From: Zancudomyces culisetae HAW-14-8
Lineage: Eukaryota; Fungi; Kickxellomycota
Length of the DNA: 64,000 nucleotides
Assembly: GCA_052426225.1 (NCBI GenBank)
Contig: JBNJNM010000017.1
Coordinates: forward strand, 1-64,000
Direction of reading: 5' to 3'
A model generated the notes under the pieces. It was not told where the DNA came from. It did no database searches and saw only the letters and a list, made by a program, of their open reading frames with translations. The translations under genes and the position numbers were made by a program. Every line of letters begins with the position of its first letter. Positions within the stretch are counted from its first letter, which is position 1. Below, in pieces: positions 1 through 11,892 of the stretch.

Positions 1-1819
1 AAGATAGTGAAGATGAATTGGATGCTATTAATTGTTTTTGTGTTAGGGCTCTAATCATTTCGTTGGGGGGGGGGAAGAGAAGTGTTCTTTTACTTTATTC
101 AAGTTAAAGTGCAGTAATAGAACGAGAATAGTCAAATAACGTCATTTTAAATTGCCAAAAACAAAAGGATTTGTTGTGGATTACATAATAATCAGGTTTA
201 CTTTTTAGTAGGTAATCCCAATTGCGAAGTTGCAAATTAGTAATGGCTTTTTTTAACCATGAATCTGATGCTGTTTTCTATTTAGGCACTTTCAAAAAAG
301 AACATATTTAAACGCACGTATGTGAATAAACAAAGGCATTTCACTGATTTTTTTACATCTTAACATTTCACCGATACAAACGAAGCACCTGTTAGTTACA
401 TATTCAGTAAATTTGGCCAATTGTTTATTAAAATAATTACGTACCACAAATAGGATCAACAGAAAAACATACGGGTTCTCAAAACAATAGGTAATTTTTA
501 ACTATAATCAAAATAACAAGCGAATGGCGGAAAAATACTAAATACACAGATATTCAAAAAGTTGGGCAAAACATCTAGCAAAATGGTTGGATTGTAGAAC
601 ATTGAGTTTTGTCAATTAGGGTGAAAGTTTTTTTTGAAAAAGCCAAAGATGTAGGGTATTTGAGTATTTATTTTGGATAGTAATAAAAATATGTTGGTAG
701 TAAAATGCCCACAAACGTAAAGCAAATATCCATAACAACCTTTGGATGGATATTTATTGATGTCAACATACTTTAGGTGCTTTCTCATCTACACTATTTT
801 TAAAGTTGGTGTTTTGAGGTAAAAGCGGCACAAACTTTTTGAAAGCTGGTCAGTCCAGCTAGCCGATATTAATAAGTGTACGTTGGGCTAGTATCCTGTG
901 TTTAACTAAAATACAAGGGTGAAGGATGTGGATGGTTTAGAGTGCTGTTTATTGGTTTGCATAGTACCAGGTTTAAGTTGTATTGCAAAAGAGGCAAAGC
1001 CACAACGAATCCTTAAAAATGCTTGTATATAATAATAGTAGTGTGGTATATAATCTATACCTTTCTATATGATTGGTATATATGTGTGTGTAGTTATTTG
1101 ACACTAACACGCGTGCTTACAGATATTGGGCCAGGGAGTGTATTGTGTATGTTCAAACATTTGCAAGGCATGGTGATTCAAATGGTAACTTACGCCCACT
1201 AGTAATGGCTAAGGAATTTGACATTTCTCAAAATCTAATTACGCTTACCCCCAAGGACTTACTCGCACTAAGAAATACACATGAAGTTATGAACTATAAT
1301 AAGTACAGCCTTTTCAGTATAAAAATAACATGAAGGGCCTGGCTGTTCAGTTCACATATGTGTTAATGCAGCTAGAGAATCAGAGTGCTTGATAAATTCA
1401 ATCTTTTTGTGGGAAATAATGTATAAATCCTTCTAAATCGGCACATGTCTGCTTAGTTATTTTATCAAGCTGAAAAAATATGTGATGAGGGTGTAGATTG
1501 GTATATGTTCAGTTTAGCCATCCTGGTAATTAGAATTACAAATTCAAGTCAAAAAAAATATCTAAATACCTGTGGATAATATGGAATGAGGCCAAAAAGT
1601 GAGTATAAACGAATCAAAGTGAAAAGGATTCAGGGCGAGAAATAAAATGTTGACAGCGTGAATAGAGGTTTCACGCTAAATACATATGCTTCGAAGAAAA
1701 TTACAAGAAATTACTAATATGTCTATCTACAAACTAAACATAAGCGTTATGATTAGATATGGTCCTAAATTACAAATAATTGCATTTGATAGGTAAAAAA
1801 ATAATAGTGATATAAGGGC

Positions 1820-1890
1820 GAAAAAGGAGAAAGAGAGAAAAGAGAGAAAAGAGAGAAAAGAGAGAGAAGGAAAGAAAGGGAAAGGAAAAG
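1820..1890. repeat. Purine-rich AGAGAAA-type low-complexity repeat
   Basis: Visible repeated GAGAGAAAA units. Confidence 0.75.
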
Positions 1891-3109
1891 CTCTACGCTA
1901 GTCAAGTACTCGTATTACCACTAGAGCAATGTATGCTGAGAACGGACCCCGTTCATTGTTCAATATCTCTTGTAGTTAACTCTTTTAGGAAATCTTAACA
2001 TGTTAAAAACCCTGGAACCTAGCATTAGTAATACATGGTTTTCTCATCACAATAACAGGGTTTTTAAAGGTTGAAGTACAGCAAGAGTGCATTGGTATCC
2101 TTTTAATTGAAGAGGGATAATATTTAGAGCGAGTAGGAACCATCTATTAAATCACCAAGTGGGTGGGGGAGACAAAGATGATGAAACTCTTTCGAAAGTT
2201 TTGCAAAACAAAAAAAAAACGAGGGTGGTATGACTTTGTATATTTTCTACTATGGTTGACGAATGAAATTACCCCTCGTTACACTTTGATTGACATGCAC
2301 AAATAAGGCTAAATGTTTGTTGCCTGACCAATGATGGTTACAAAAGTAATTTATTTGTCAAGATTAGTGGATTAAATTACGCGATCCAAACTTGATGTAT
2401 TTAGTTGTAAGAGGTATTGGCTAAGCAAGTTGTATTTCACGCATTTGCAATAAATTCAACGTGGTTTTGTAATAGAGATAGCTGGTTTCGAAAAGAAAGT
2501 TGGACAGGGAAAAAAAATGCAGTGGTAAAGGTCGGCGATGTAACCAAAATAGCCAATGAATGTTAGTTCGATCCAAATCCATCTTTTGTTTGTATGCCCC
2601 TTTTCAAATAATATTTGGCCCTAAACAAAGCTTTATGGGATCGGTATGCTTCAGTGGTCATGTTTGTATCATTAAATCGAGGACTGATTGTGAAAATTAT
2701 CCCTGTTTCAAGTTAATTAATAATGCTAATAAGTGGTCGAAATTTTTCATTTGGCTAATCTACCAATGGATTTTGGCGGACTAAAAAAGACGTATATGGA
2801 TCTCCTCAGTAAATTCACCTTATACACGAAAAAAACACTAAACGGGAAAAAGCCGTCACTTATCACCAGCCTTTAGTAAACTGAGGTTGGAAAAACAAAG
2901 AAAGAAAAGAAGCCACTGCCGCCACAATCGCAACCACAACCACAACCACAACAAAAACACACACACACACATGCATGCACAAAAAAATGAAGGATGGAAA
3001 GCTCAAGCAAAAAAAAAAGTATATATAGGATAACCAAAGATATGTCAATGGGAGAACCCAACTTCTTTAATTTTGATATCTACTAATAGCGCAACTTTCT
3101 TTTCAGAAA

Positions 3110-5221
3110 ATGAAGTTGAATTTCGTGTCAACACTGCTGCTCTGTGCAGTAGCAAATGCAGGACAATTTGATGCTCCACCAGCTGATCTTCCAGACTGGA
3201 GCAAAACGCAACAATTCACACCCGATCACCTCGTAGCAGTTAAGCGCCTTGATGCATTGGCAGTTTCACCAGACAACAAATATGCCGCATATACTCAGTG
3301 GATGTTTAATAGAACTAGCAACAAAGTTGGAAGAAACATCAGGCTTATGAGTCTCAGCGGAGACTACCCAGCATCTGACCTGACTACCTTTGCCTTCGGT
3401 ACATCTGATACAAGTCCAGTTTGGCTAGATGAAAACACTGTTGCATTCACCGCTGTCCGTGGATCTCCAGCTTCAAATATATTTACTGTTTCCCTGACTG
3501 ACAAGAAGATCAGCCAAGTGTCAAACTATACTAACAGTGTAAGCAGTCTAGTGTATAGCGCAGCAGCAAAAAGAATTGCGTTTATCTCAGATGTTTACAA
3601 AGGTTTGGGTGTAGATGAATCTGCTGAAAAAGCAGAAGAAGAGAGCAACCTACCATACAGTGGTGTAGTCTATGATCATTTGTTTGTCCGCCACTGGGAT
3701 ACATATATTGGCAAAACAAGAGCCCAACTATTTACAGTTCCAATTGATGTCGTTGATGGTAAATACTCGGTTACCGGAAAACCAGTAAATCTTGTTGAGA
3801 AGTACGATGGCGCATGGGGACTGGAACCAAATACTGTTGTATTCTCTCCAGATGGTAAGAACGTTGCGTTTGACGCCAAGATCCCAGGAAGAGAAGAGGC
3901 ATGGTCTACAAAGGCAGACATTTTTGTGGTTCCATCAGATGGCTCACAGGCTCCAGTAAGTTTGACTCCACAGAATCCAGGTGCCTGCTCAGCACCAGCA
4001 TATTCACCAGACGGCACACGCCTAGCATGGTTGCAAATGGTTACACCAGGATATGAATCTGACAGAAACAGAGTTATGATATATGACACAAAAGCCAACC
4101 AAGTCTCTGAACTCGATATGGGATGGACATACAGCCCATCATCTGTTGCTTTCTCACAAGATAACAAGTCATTGTTTCACATTACAAACTACAGTGTTGA
4201 TGATGCGCTTTTTAAGTATGACTTTGACACCAGAGCAAATACACAACTGACACAAGGAAGTTCTGTTTACATGATGTCACAAATCAGCTCAAACAACATC
4301 ATATTATTTGCAAACTCTCTGAGCTATCCAAACACATTGTTCAACCTCAATATTTCTAGCAAAGCCATGCAAAAGATCTCCACAGAAAACGATGCTTTGT
4401 TGGATCCATTGTATCTATCAAACGCATACACATTCAAATTCAAGGGTAGTCTTGACGAAGACGTCGAGGGCATGATGATGTATCCATTCGGATATGACCC
4501 AACAAAGAAGTATCCAGTAGCATTCCTCATTCACGGTGGTCCCCAATCCTCATGGGTCAGAGGGTGGAGCTACCGATGGAACCCAAATGTACATTCTAAC
4601 CAGGGCTTCTTTGTAGTGGTCATCAACTTCCATGGCAGTACCGGATACGGACAAGCCTTTGTTGATTCAATTGCACGTAACTGGGGATCACACCCATACT
4701 TTGATCTAATGAAGGGTTTGGATTACTTCCTTGAGCAAGCTTGCGGTGCTGACCAAGACAGACAAGTTGCTTTGGGTGCATCATACGGTGGATATATGAT
4801 CAATTGGATTCATGGACATACTGACCGCTTCAAGGCACTTGTGAATCACGATGGTACCTTCAGTACTGTTTCATCATATTATTCTACTGAGGAGTTATAC
4901 TTTATGGAGCACGACCTTGGAACTCCATGGATCCCCGAGGAAAGAGCACAAATGGAACAGTACAATCCTGAACATTATGTAACCAACTGGAAAACACCTA
5001 CACTGGTAGTTCACTCTGAATTGGATTACCGTCTTCCAATCACTGAAGGATTGTCAACCTTCACTGCATTGCAGAGACAAGGAGTTCCATCCAAGTTGTT
5101 GTACTTCCCTGATGAGAACCATTGGGTACTTCAGCCATTCAACTCGTTGAAATGGCACAACGAGGTTATCGGATGGATAGGCAAGTACACAAACACCACT
5201 GTCTGGCAATTGACTCTTTAA
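3110..5221 (+). CDS. DPP5: Secreted dipeptidyl-peptidase V (S9 prolyl oligopeptidase family)
   Basis: Intronless 703-aa ORF with a signal peptide (MKLNFVSTLLLCAVANA), propeller repeats (SPDG), IHGGPQ, nucleophile GASYGG, Asp in HSELDYR and His in DENHW. Confidence 0.93.
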   Translation: MKLNFVSTLLLCAVANAGQFDAPPADLPDWSKTQQFTPDHLVAVKRLDALAVSPDNKYAAYTQWMFNRTSNKVGRNIRLMSLSGDYPASDLTTFAFGTSDTSPVWLDENTVAFTAVRGSPASNIFTVSLTDKKISQVSNYTNSVSSLVYSAAAKRIAFISDVYKGLGVDESAEKAEEESNLPYSGVVYDHLFVRHWDTYIGKTRAQLFTVPIDVVDGKYSVTGKPVNLVEKYDGAWGLEPNTVVFSPDGKNVAFDAKIPGREEAWSTKADIFVVPSDGSQAPVSLTPQNPGACSAPAYSPDGTRLAWLQMVTPGYESDRNRVMIYDTKANQVSELDMGWTYSPSSVAFSQDNKSLFHITNYSVDDALFKYDFDTRANTQLTQGSSVYMMSQISSNNIILFANSLSYPNTLFNLNISSKAMQKISTENDALLDPLYLSNAYTFKFKGSLDEDVEGMMMYPFGYDPTKKYPVAFLIHGGPQSSWVRGWSYRWNPNVHSNQGFFVVVINFHGSTGYGQAFVDSIARNWGSHPYFDLMKGLDYFLEQACGADQDRQVALGASYGGYMINWIHGHTDRFKALVNHDGTFSTVSSYYSTEELYFMEHDLGTPWIPEERAQMEQYNPEHYVTNWKTPTLVVHSELDYRLPITEGLSTFTALQRQGVPSKLLYFPDENHWVLQPFNSLKWHNEVIGWIGKYTNTTVWQLTL

Positions 5222-5874
5222 TTTAACTGTTGTTTTCCACTTTCTTCCAGTATTAGAGTTTTAATTTTCAATAAACAGATTATGCAACATTATCATGTCC
5301 ATCACCATTTTTTTGCTTTAAAATTATTTTTTTTGAATCGGAGATTAAAGTAAAAAAAGTGATAGTTTATTGCCAATTGATGGAGGCTATTTCGACGAAA
5401 GGTGGGGAAAGTCTTGAAGCGTGACTACCAGTGCTACGGGAAAAGAACAGTGTGATAAAAAGCGCCACTTCCTATAAGTCTTCACGTTTCATCACCATTC
5501 TTCTCACTTCATTCTCTTCCCCCCTTCACTTTTAAATGCTTATTTCGACTATCTCAATATTTATTTATTTTTTAGTTAGTTATTGTAAAGTCAATTGTGA
5601 ACCACTTGGAAGAAAATAACAATCAATAGACATTTAGTCCGGGGAGGAGGGAGGCCTTAGCTTTATTAAAACGGCAACCCACGCTCTTTCTTTGGTTTAT
5701 TAGCCACACATAAAGAGCGAAAAGAAAATAATTTTAACTACTTTATTTTATGGTCGTCTTTTAGCCCTTTCTGTCGTTATCCGAATTTGCATTTTGTACA
5801 TATTTAATAATTTGTAGTATACAAATAATAATCTTATTGCTGTAAATAAATCGAAAAGAAAAGATGTGTATTCT

Positions 5875-7654
5875 ATGACAATGGAAGAACAAACGGACTC
5901 TCAGAATTCTGGGACACAACACACAAGATGGTTAGCGATAGTAGGGAGCATTCTTGTTCCAATCAACATTTTGGGCTTTGTGATTACATTTAGTGGAACT
6001 AAGGGTTCTAATGATGATTTAGGATGTAAGAAATATGCAACATCCCCTCAGTATATATGTTTACGCCTCAAAGATGGGAATATGTAATCTAACCATTAAC
6101 AACTACAAATTATTTTTATTTTGATAGTTTTGCCAACACGTAAGAGCTCACTTTTTTTCTCTATTATACTTTTGTCTATCTTTGTCAAATATGAGCCAAA
6201 AAGAAATATGGCTCAACACATGAGAATTTGTGCACTAAATGGCAAATACGAATTTACTGAATACTTCTCCCAGCGGCTATTTCACTCAGGATAGTATTGT
6301 TTTCGTTTGTGTTCATCTCATTGATAACATCGGCTTTTCGAATAATGGAGTACAGGCTAATACTAACTACGACATTAACTATATTAACAAGCATGATTGA
6401 AGGTAAATCGATTATCGTCTAAAAAATCTAACCCGAGTACTTGTTTTTGAAATAAAGAGCCAGGTGGAGTAGGGTGCGAAGGAAAAAATTCATAGTAGTT
6501 CTCATAAACAATCATAATATCATAGGAGTATATGGGCTGGTCTTGATTGTAGTGCATTATAAAGATTTAAAGGCTTCAAGCAGTATGAAGGGGACAGCCG
6601 CGGCGGTAGTAATAATTAATTTTGTCTTATCAATTATGGTAGCCATATTTTTCATTATGGATGCATACATCTCACGAAAGCACAAGGGTAGGCTATCAAT
6701 AAATATATATCACATATTTTGTGAGATACACTACATATCGATACCGTTTAAATGCTAGATGTATGTGAATATAAAAAAAATGTAGGAAGTGGCATCCCGT
6801 ACATCTTTAAGCAATGGTTCATCAACATGTACATATTTTATGTGTGGGTAATGATCGGTGGTTTGCTATTCTGGGCGCTAGAGGGTCAACCACTTTATAT
6901 TGGAGTATATTTCTCATTTGTGACTGCTGCAACGGTTGGATATGGGGACTATGTGCCGACATCATCAGCTTCGCGGACGGTATTTATGGTATGGACGATG
7001 GTGGCTCTGGTGTTATTAGCCAGCTATCTTATCTATTCCAACAGAATTGGCACTGTTTTTATAGAGATTGCACGAGAGAAAAGGATTAAAAGGATGCTCA
7101 GACAAAAAGAAAAGGTCTTGGCCATGTCCGAGGAGGAGAAAGATGTATTTTTGAGACAGTGGAAAAAGAGAAGGCATCTTGGTTTTGGTTATTTCACAGA
7201 AAAATTAAAGACATATAAAATTGCCAATACACGATCGCAACCTTGGGAGTTTAGTTCTTTTGAGGCACAGATGGACAAATACACACATTCTGTCGACAAG
7301 AAGGTGTCAAGTCTACGGAGGCGTGAGGCTGAGGTCACTTTTAAGACATTTATTCTTATTGTCCTTATTGTGATCTCATTTTGGACCATGTCTGCATACT
7401 TCTACAGTGTCTTTGAACATGACACGGACAACTATTTTCTGTACTTTTGGGTTTATTTTATTACATTTACAACAATTGGGTATGGTGATACAACACTCAG
7501 CTCTAAGGCGTCGATTTTCTTTCTCTGTACTACAGGAATGTTTTCACTTACCACAGTTGGTGCTTTAATTGCCACAATGACCGAAAGTTTTCAGCGGTTC
7601 CTATGCAATAGAGTGCTACCTCGTAGACTTTATGATGATACTTATACAGCTTAG
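5875..7654 (+). CDS. TOK1: TOK-type outward-rectifier two-pore-domain K+ channel (~440 aa, 5 exons)
   Basis: Two pore loops (TVGYGD, TIGYGD). Manual exons 5875-6025, 6128-6139, 6274-6402, 6526-6687 and 6786-7654 join in frame through GT-AG introns and add four N-terminal TM segments, giving the 8-TM TOK layout. Confidence 0.85.
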
Positions 7655-8713
7655 ATTTTATTTTATTTTTTATATGAATACATGTATATTATCTATTTAT
7701 TGATTTCTTTTTATGATACAAAATTTGCCTATTCACTGCAATCCCAAAGGTCTTTTGTTTGGGCTTGTTATAAGCCAGATGGATCCTTGGAATAGAATCC
7801 ATCTCTAGAAAACACCCTTTATGCACGTAAATGAACAAAAAATGTTGTGCTGTGAAATAGTAAACCTTTCATTTTGGAGAGTAAACGATGATCATAATGA
7901 TGGTGTTGGTGTGTCATAGAGCTGACTGACTTGGTAAGCCTGGAAAAGTTTTTGTAATGTGCGATTTAAAGTGTTGTAAAATATAGCACAAAAGTATTCC
8001 CATCTTCTCTACAAGAAAAGTGCCAGCCAAAGCGAGCAAAAAAAGAGAAGGAAACCAGGGATTACATAACATTGTTGTGGGATAGATAATCGAATTCGCA
8101 TTTGTGATTTTGGATTGTATTTTATCCGTTAATTAATAACCAGTAAATAATTTAATTGACCTTTAATAATAAAATTCATATATTGTCCCAGCAATAGCAT
8201 CATATTTATCCAAAATAAGCACACAATTAATATAATCAATTGCAACTAAATTCTATTAAAAGCCCATGCAAAATCATGAATATTATAATATTAAAAAATT
8301 CACAGATTCCAAGCTATAAAAAAACCATATTATTCGCAGACCTAAGTAAAGTTGAAGCTCACTGTCATTATAGTGTAACGTGAGTTTTTTAAAAAAGGAA
8401 ATTAATCTAATAATTGTAAACACAAAAAAAAAAGTTTTGGAATTGGGTTGTTACAATTTGAGCTTGTAGTCCAAGAAAGAACAATGTGAACCAGTCAAAA
8501 TGAACCCTTTACCTGTAGCTTTTTTTCACTTCAAAATTAAAAAGCGTAACAAAAAAAAAGACAAACCTGGAATTATCAGAAGAAATGGACAAACTGAAAG
8601 AGCTCAAGAAATGTAGAACATGAATGACTTTGAAAGCAATGACAGAAAAAATCTATAGTTTAAAGTGAAATGGAATACACATAAAAATACAATGCAAAGA
8701 GTAAAAGCAGTAA

Positions 8714-10174
8714 CTACCAGAACTCGTTAGTGGTAGGGGGTGGGTGTGGATTATTGGGACGATAAAGAACGTGTTCTACGAGGTATTTCGGGTGGTAGTC
8801 AAAAACCGAATCAAAATACGGTGGTGGATTTTTAAAGTTTGGATGTATGGCGTACTCGGGATGCGCAAATAGCAAAGGTGAGGGTGAAAATGCGTGATTG
8901 GAGGAATGGTACTGGTATTGATGATGAATGGGGGGAGTGTTACCTCCAGGGAAGCAGAAATTCTGAGAATGAAGAGGAAGAGGGGTTGGGGGTGTGGGTG
9001 TGGGTGTGGGTGTGGGTATTGGATCAGCAATGAATTTCGTGCAAGACTTTACTAGAGCTTGGAGCTCAGATAATGTACAACGTTTAGAGGGATCGACCTC
9101 CAATACGCGACCAATGATATGAGCAAACATTGGGGTGGCATTTATAGCTTTATAGAGTGCTGTTTTATCATGCAAAAAGCGACAGAAGAGGGAATCGGAG
9201 ATATGGGCGCGATTCCATGGGTTACGTCCAGTGGCGAGGTTTATGAGAATAACACCAAGTGCCCAAATATCATTAGTGGCGGTCGTATACGTAGATAGGC
9301 TTCCATCCAATCCGCCTTGACATTCAGGACTCATGTAGTATGCCGAACCACACCCGATTTCGTTACTCCATGGCTTGTCGGTCGATAACCCAAAGTCAAT
9401 AATCTTAACGTTGAGTTTGTCATGCGTCAATAAAATATTTTCAGGTTTAAGGTCGCGATGATATACACCGTGGGCATGACAGTGTTCTACAGCACTGACA
9501 AGCTGTAAGAAAATGCGACGAATCAGGTCGTCGTTTCCAATTATCCGGAATTGCGATTTGAAACTGTTTGAGATATTTTCGTATAAATCACCACCACCAT
9601 CTGAGCAATCCTCCATCACGATAAATATCTGTTCATTGGTATGCAACACACGTTCAAGACGAATCACATTGGGATGGAATGGTATTTTTGTATACATCGA
9701 AATCTCTTGACTCAAGAGCCGTGCATCCATGTAGGTACCATCACCAATATCACGCCCCTGACCCTGTCCCTGCCACTGCCCTTCCATTTGCTGTTGTGGC
9801 TGACTTGGACGTCTATATCTTTCCTCATTTCTTGCAATTACTTTTACAGCATAAGTAGCCTTAGTCACTATATTTACCGCTTTGTATACCTCGCCGTAGG
9901 TTCCAACCCCTACAAGCTTTACAAACTGAAGCGTCCCGTTGTCAATTGAATGGCCAACCATACCGCCTGCTTGGTTCTTTCTATACTTTTGCTTTTGTTT
10001 GTTCTTCTCTCTTTCTCTTTCTATCTCTCTATCTCTATCTCTTTCTCTTTCCATCTCTCTTTGCCTCTGAGTTTGTATCCGCATTTGCGCCTGTGCTTGC
10101 GCCTGCATCTGTAGCTGCATCTGTAGCTGCATTTCTTTTTGTAGCAGCGGTGCTTCGTTTACATATGCGTTCAT
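8714..10174 (-). CDS. Ran1/Pat1-like (SKS1/VHS1-type) Ser/Thr protein kinase
   Basis: GVGTYGEVY, YAVK, HRDLKPEN, DFG, GCGSAYYMSPEC, DIWALGVILINLATGRNPW. Low-complexity QM/QA and RE N-terminus and a Pro/His-rich tail. Confidence 0.88.
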   Translation of the reverse strand: MNAYVNEAPLLQKEMQLQMQLQMQAQAQAQMRIQTQRQREMERERDRDREIEREREKNKQKQKYRKNQAGGMVGHSIDNGTLQFVKLVGVGTYGEVYKAVNIVTKATYAVKVIARNEERYRRPSQPQQQMEGQWQGQGQGRDIGDGTYMDARLLSQEISMYTKIPFHPNVIRLERVLHTNEQIFIVMEDCSDGGGDLYENISNSFKSQFRIIGNDDLIRRIFLQLVSAVEHCHAHGVYHRDLKPENILLTHDKLNVKIIDFGLSTDKPWSNEIGCGSAYYMSPECQGGLDGSLSTYTTATNDIWALGVILINLATGRNPWNRAHISDSLFCRFLHDKTALYKAINATPMFAHIIGRVLEVDPSKRCTLSELQALVKSCTKFIADPIPTPTPTPTPPTPLPLHSQNFCFPGGNTPPIHHQYQYHSSNHAFSPSPLLFAHPEYAIHPNFKNPPPYFDSVFDYHPKYLVEHVLYRPNNPHPPPTTNEFW

Positions 10175-11771
10175 TGTTACCTCCTGTGTTTATTCTTAAC
10201 CATTAAAGGCTATTTATTTTGTATATCGTTCAAGTATTTCTTCAGAGTGAAGTTTTTACAACTATTTTACTTCCGTGCCCACTATTAGCAGTGTTCGTTC
10301 CACAGTATATTTACCAATAAGCAAAACTTTTTTTTTACTGTTGGGCTAGCCTATATTTTACTATGCTCTTATGTATTATCAGTTTATTTATATTTTCTTT
10401 TTTCTTTCCGTTTGTCAACTTATACTATCTCCTCTGTGTGAGTTTAGCCGAGTATATTTATTAATATTTATTATTTTCATCAGCACAGAGCCCCTTTGGC
10501 CTCTTGCTCACTTTCGCACTTGTGGCCTTTTATCTTTACCGCTTTTCCCTTAAGTTTCCTCTTCGGTTATTTTGCTTCAGTATATTTATTATCTGGTGAA
10601 TTAAATTCTAGTACTAAAGCACTTTTGACAATGAAAAGCTGTCATGTATTCCAACAAAATAAGATAAACTTAACGTTTTGTTTTTCACTTTATCCTGTTT
10701 TTATGCTTTAAACTAGGTGTTGTATTTTTTTTTTTTGGTGTATACATTCACATCAGCAGTTTTGTCAATTACGATGAATTTTCTACAAAATATTTTGAAA
10801 ACATACATCAGCCCCCTCAGCTGCTATATATGTGAGTATGTATACCTAGTTACAATGAATGTATTTGTATTTGTGTGTATACCTTTCCCTACAAATTGTT
10901 CAAAATTATTTTAAAACTGTAATTTTACTGGTAACACTAATGGCGGTACTGGTCTAAATTTTCAATATTTCTAAATTTGGCTTATTTTTTCACTTTGAAA
11001 ATACCTGTAATTTCTCCTTATTTCACCTTTTTCAATAATTTCGCATGGTAAATTACCATCATCTAATAATTACCAAATCTCATTTTACAAACAAAAAAAA
11101 AACTCTCAAAATAAATACGTAAGCTGTGTGTCATCGTGTGGTTTTGGTTTACATTTTCCGTAATTTATTATATGTATTTATTTATTTCCCAATATAAATT
11201 ATCTGTTATACGTGTAAATGAATTTGTGTTTACTAGCGCTTTTCTTTAGTTCAAAATAGATAAACATAATAGATCCAGCGTGAACAATCTTCGTTTGTTT
11301 ATTCCACCATTTGACTAACTTATTTATTTATTCATTAATATCTGTTTTTATCTAACATGTTTTTAACAAAGGATTCCTCCACCTTGTGGGCTCCAAACCC
11401 ACATTTTATCCTCATTCCCACTTCCACCCCCATTCTCAATCCCATACCCATTCTCACCGACAACACCACCTTGCCTTTTACCTATAAATATATTTTTCGT
11501 ACACTTTTCTATTTATTTTTCAAGGTGTAAACAGGCTTTTGTCTATACTCCTGAGCCTACTCCAACAACCTGAACTATAAATGTAAATATCCTTCTCATT
11601 TGTAAAAAGTGGTTTTTTTGTTTTTGTCGAATTTGTATTCGATACGTCCATTTATTTGTTATTTGTGTGAATTTCACCAGTATCCCACTTTTTTTATAAA
11701 AAAAAAGAAAAAAAAACAATCAAATGGAAGGTGTCTGGTGCTCTTATTTTTTTTGCAAATGCCTCTTACTT

Positions 11772-11892
11772 GAACCCAAACTCAAACTCAAACCCAAACC
11801 TAAACCTGAACCTAAACTTAAACCTAAACCTGAACATAAACTTAAACCTAAACCTAAACTTAAACCCAAGCTTAAACCCAAGCTTAAACTAT
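11772..11892. repeat. Degenerate hexamer tandem repeat (AAACCT/AAACTT/AAACCC/GAACCT), ~20 units
   Basis: Visible 6-bp periodicity. Confidence 0.85.

Noticed and set aside
11471-11482. TTGCCTTTTACC resembling U5 snRNA loop 1
   Set aside because: The flanks do not form the U5 stem and the context is otherwise unsupportive.
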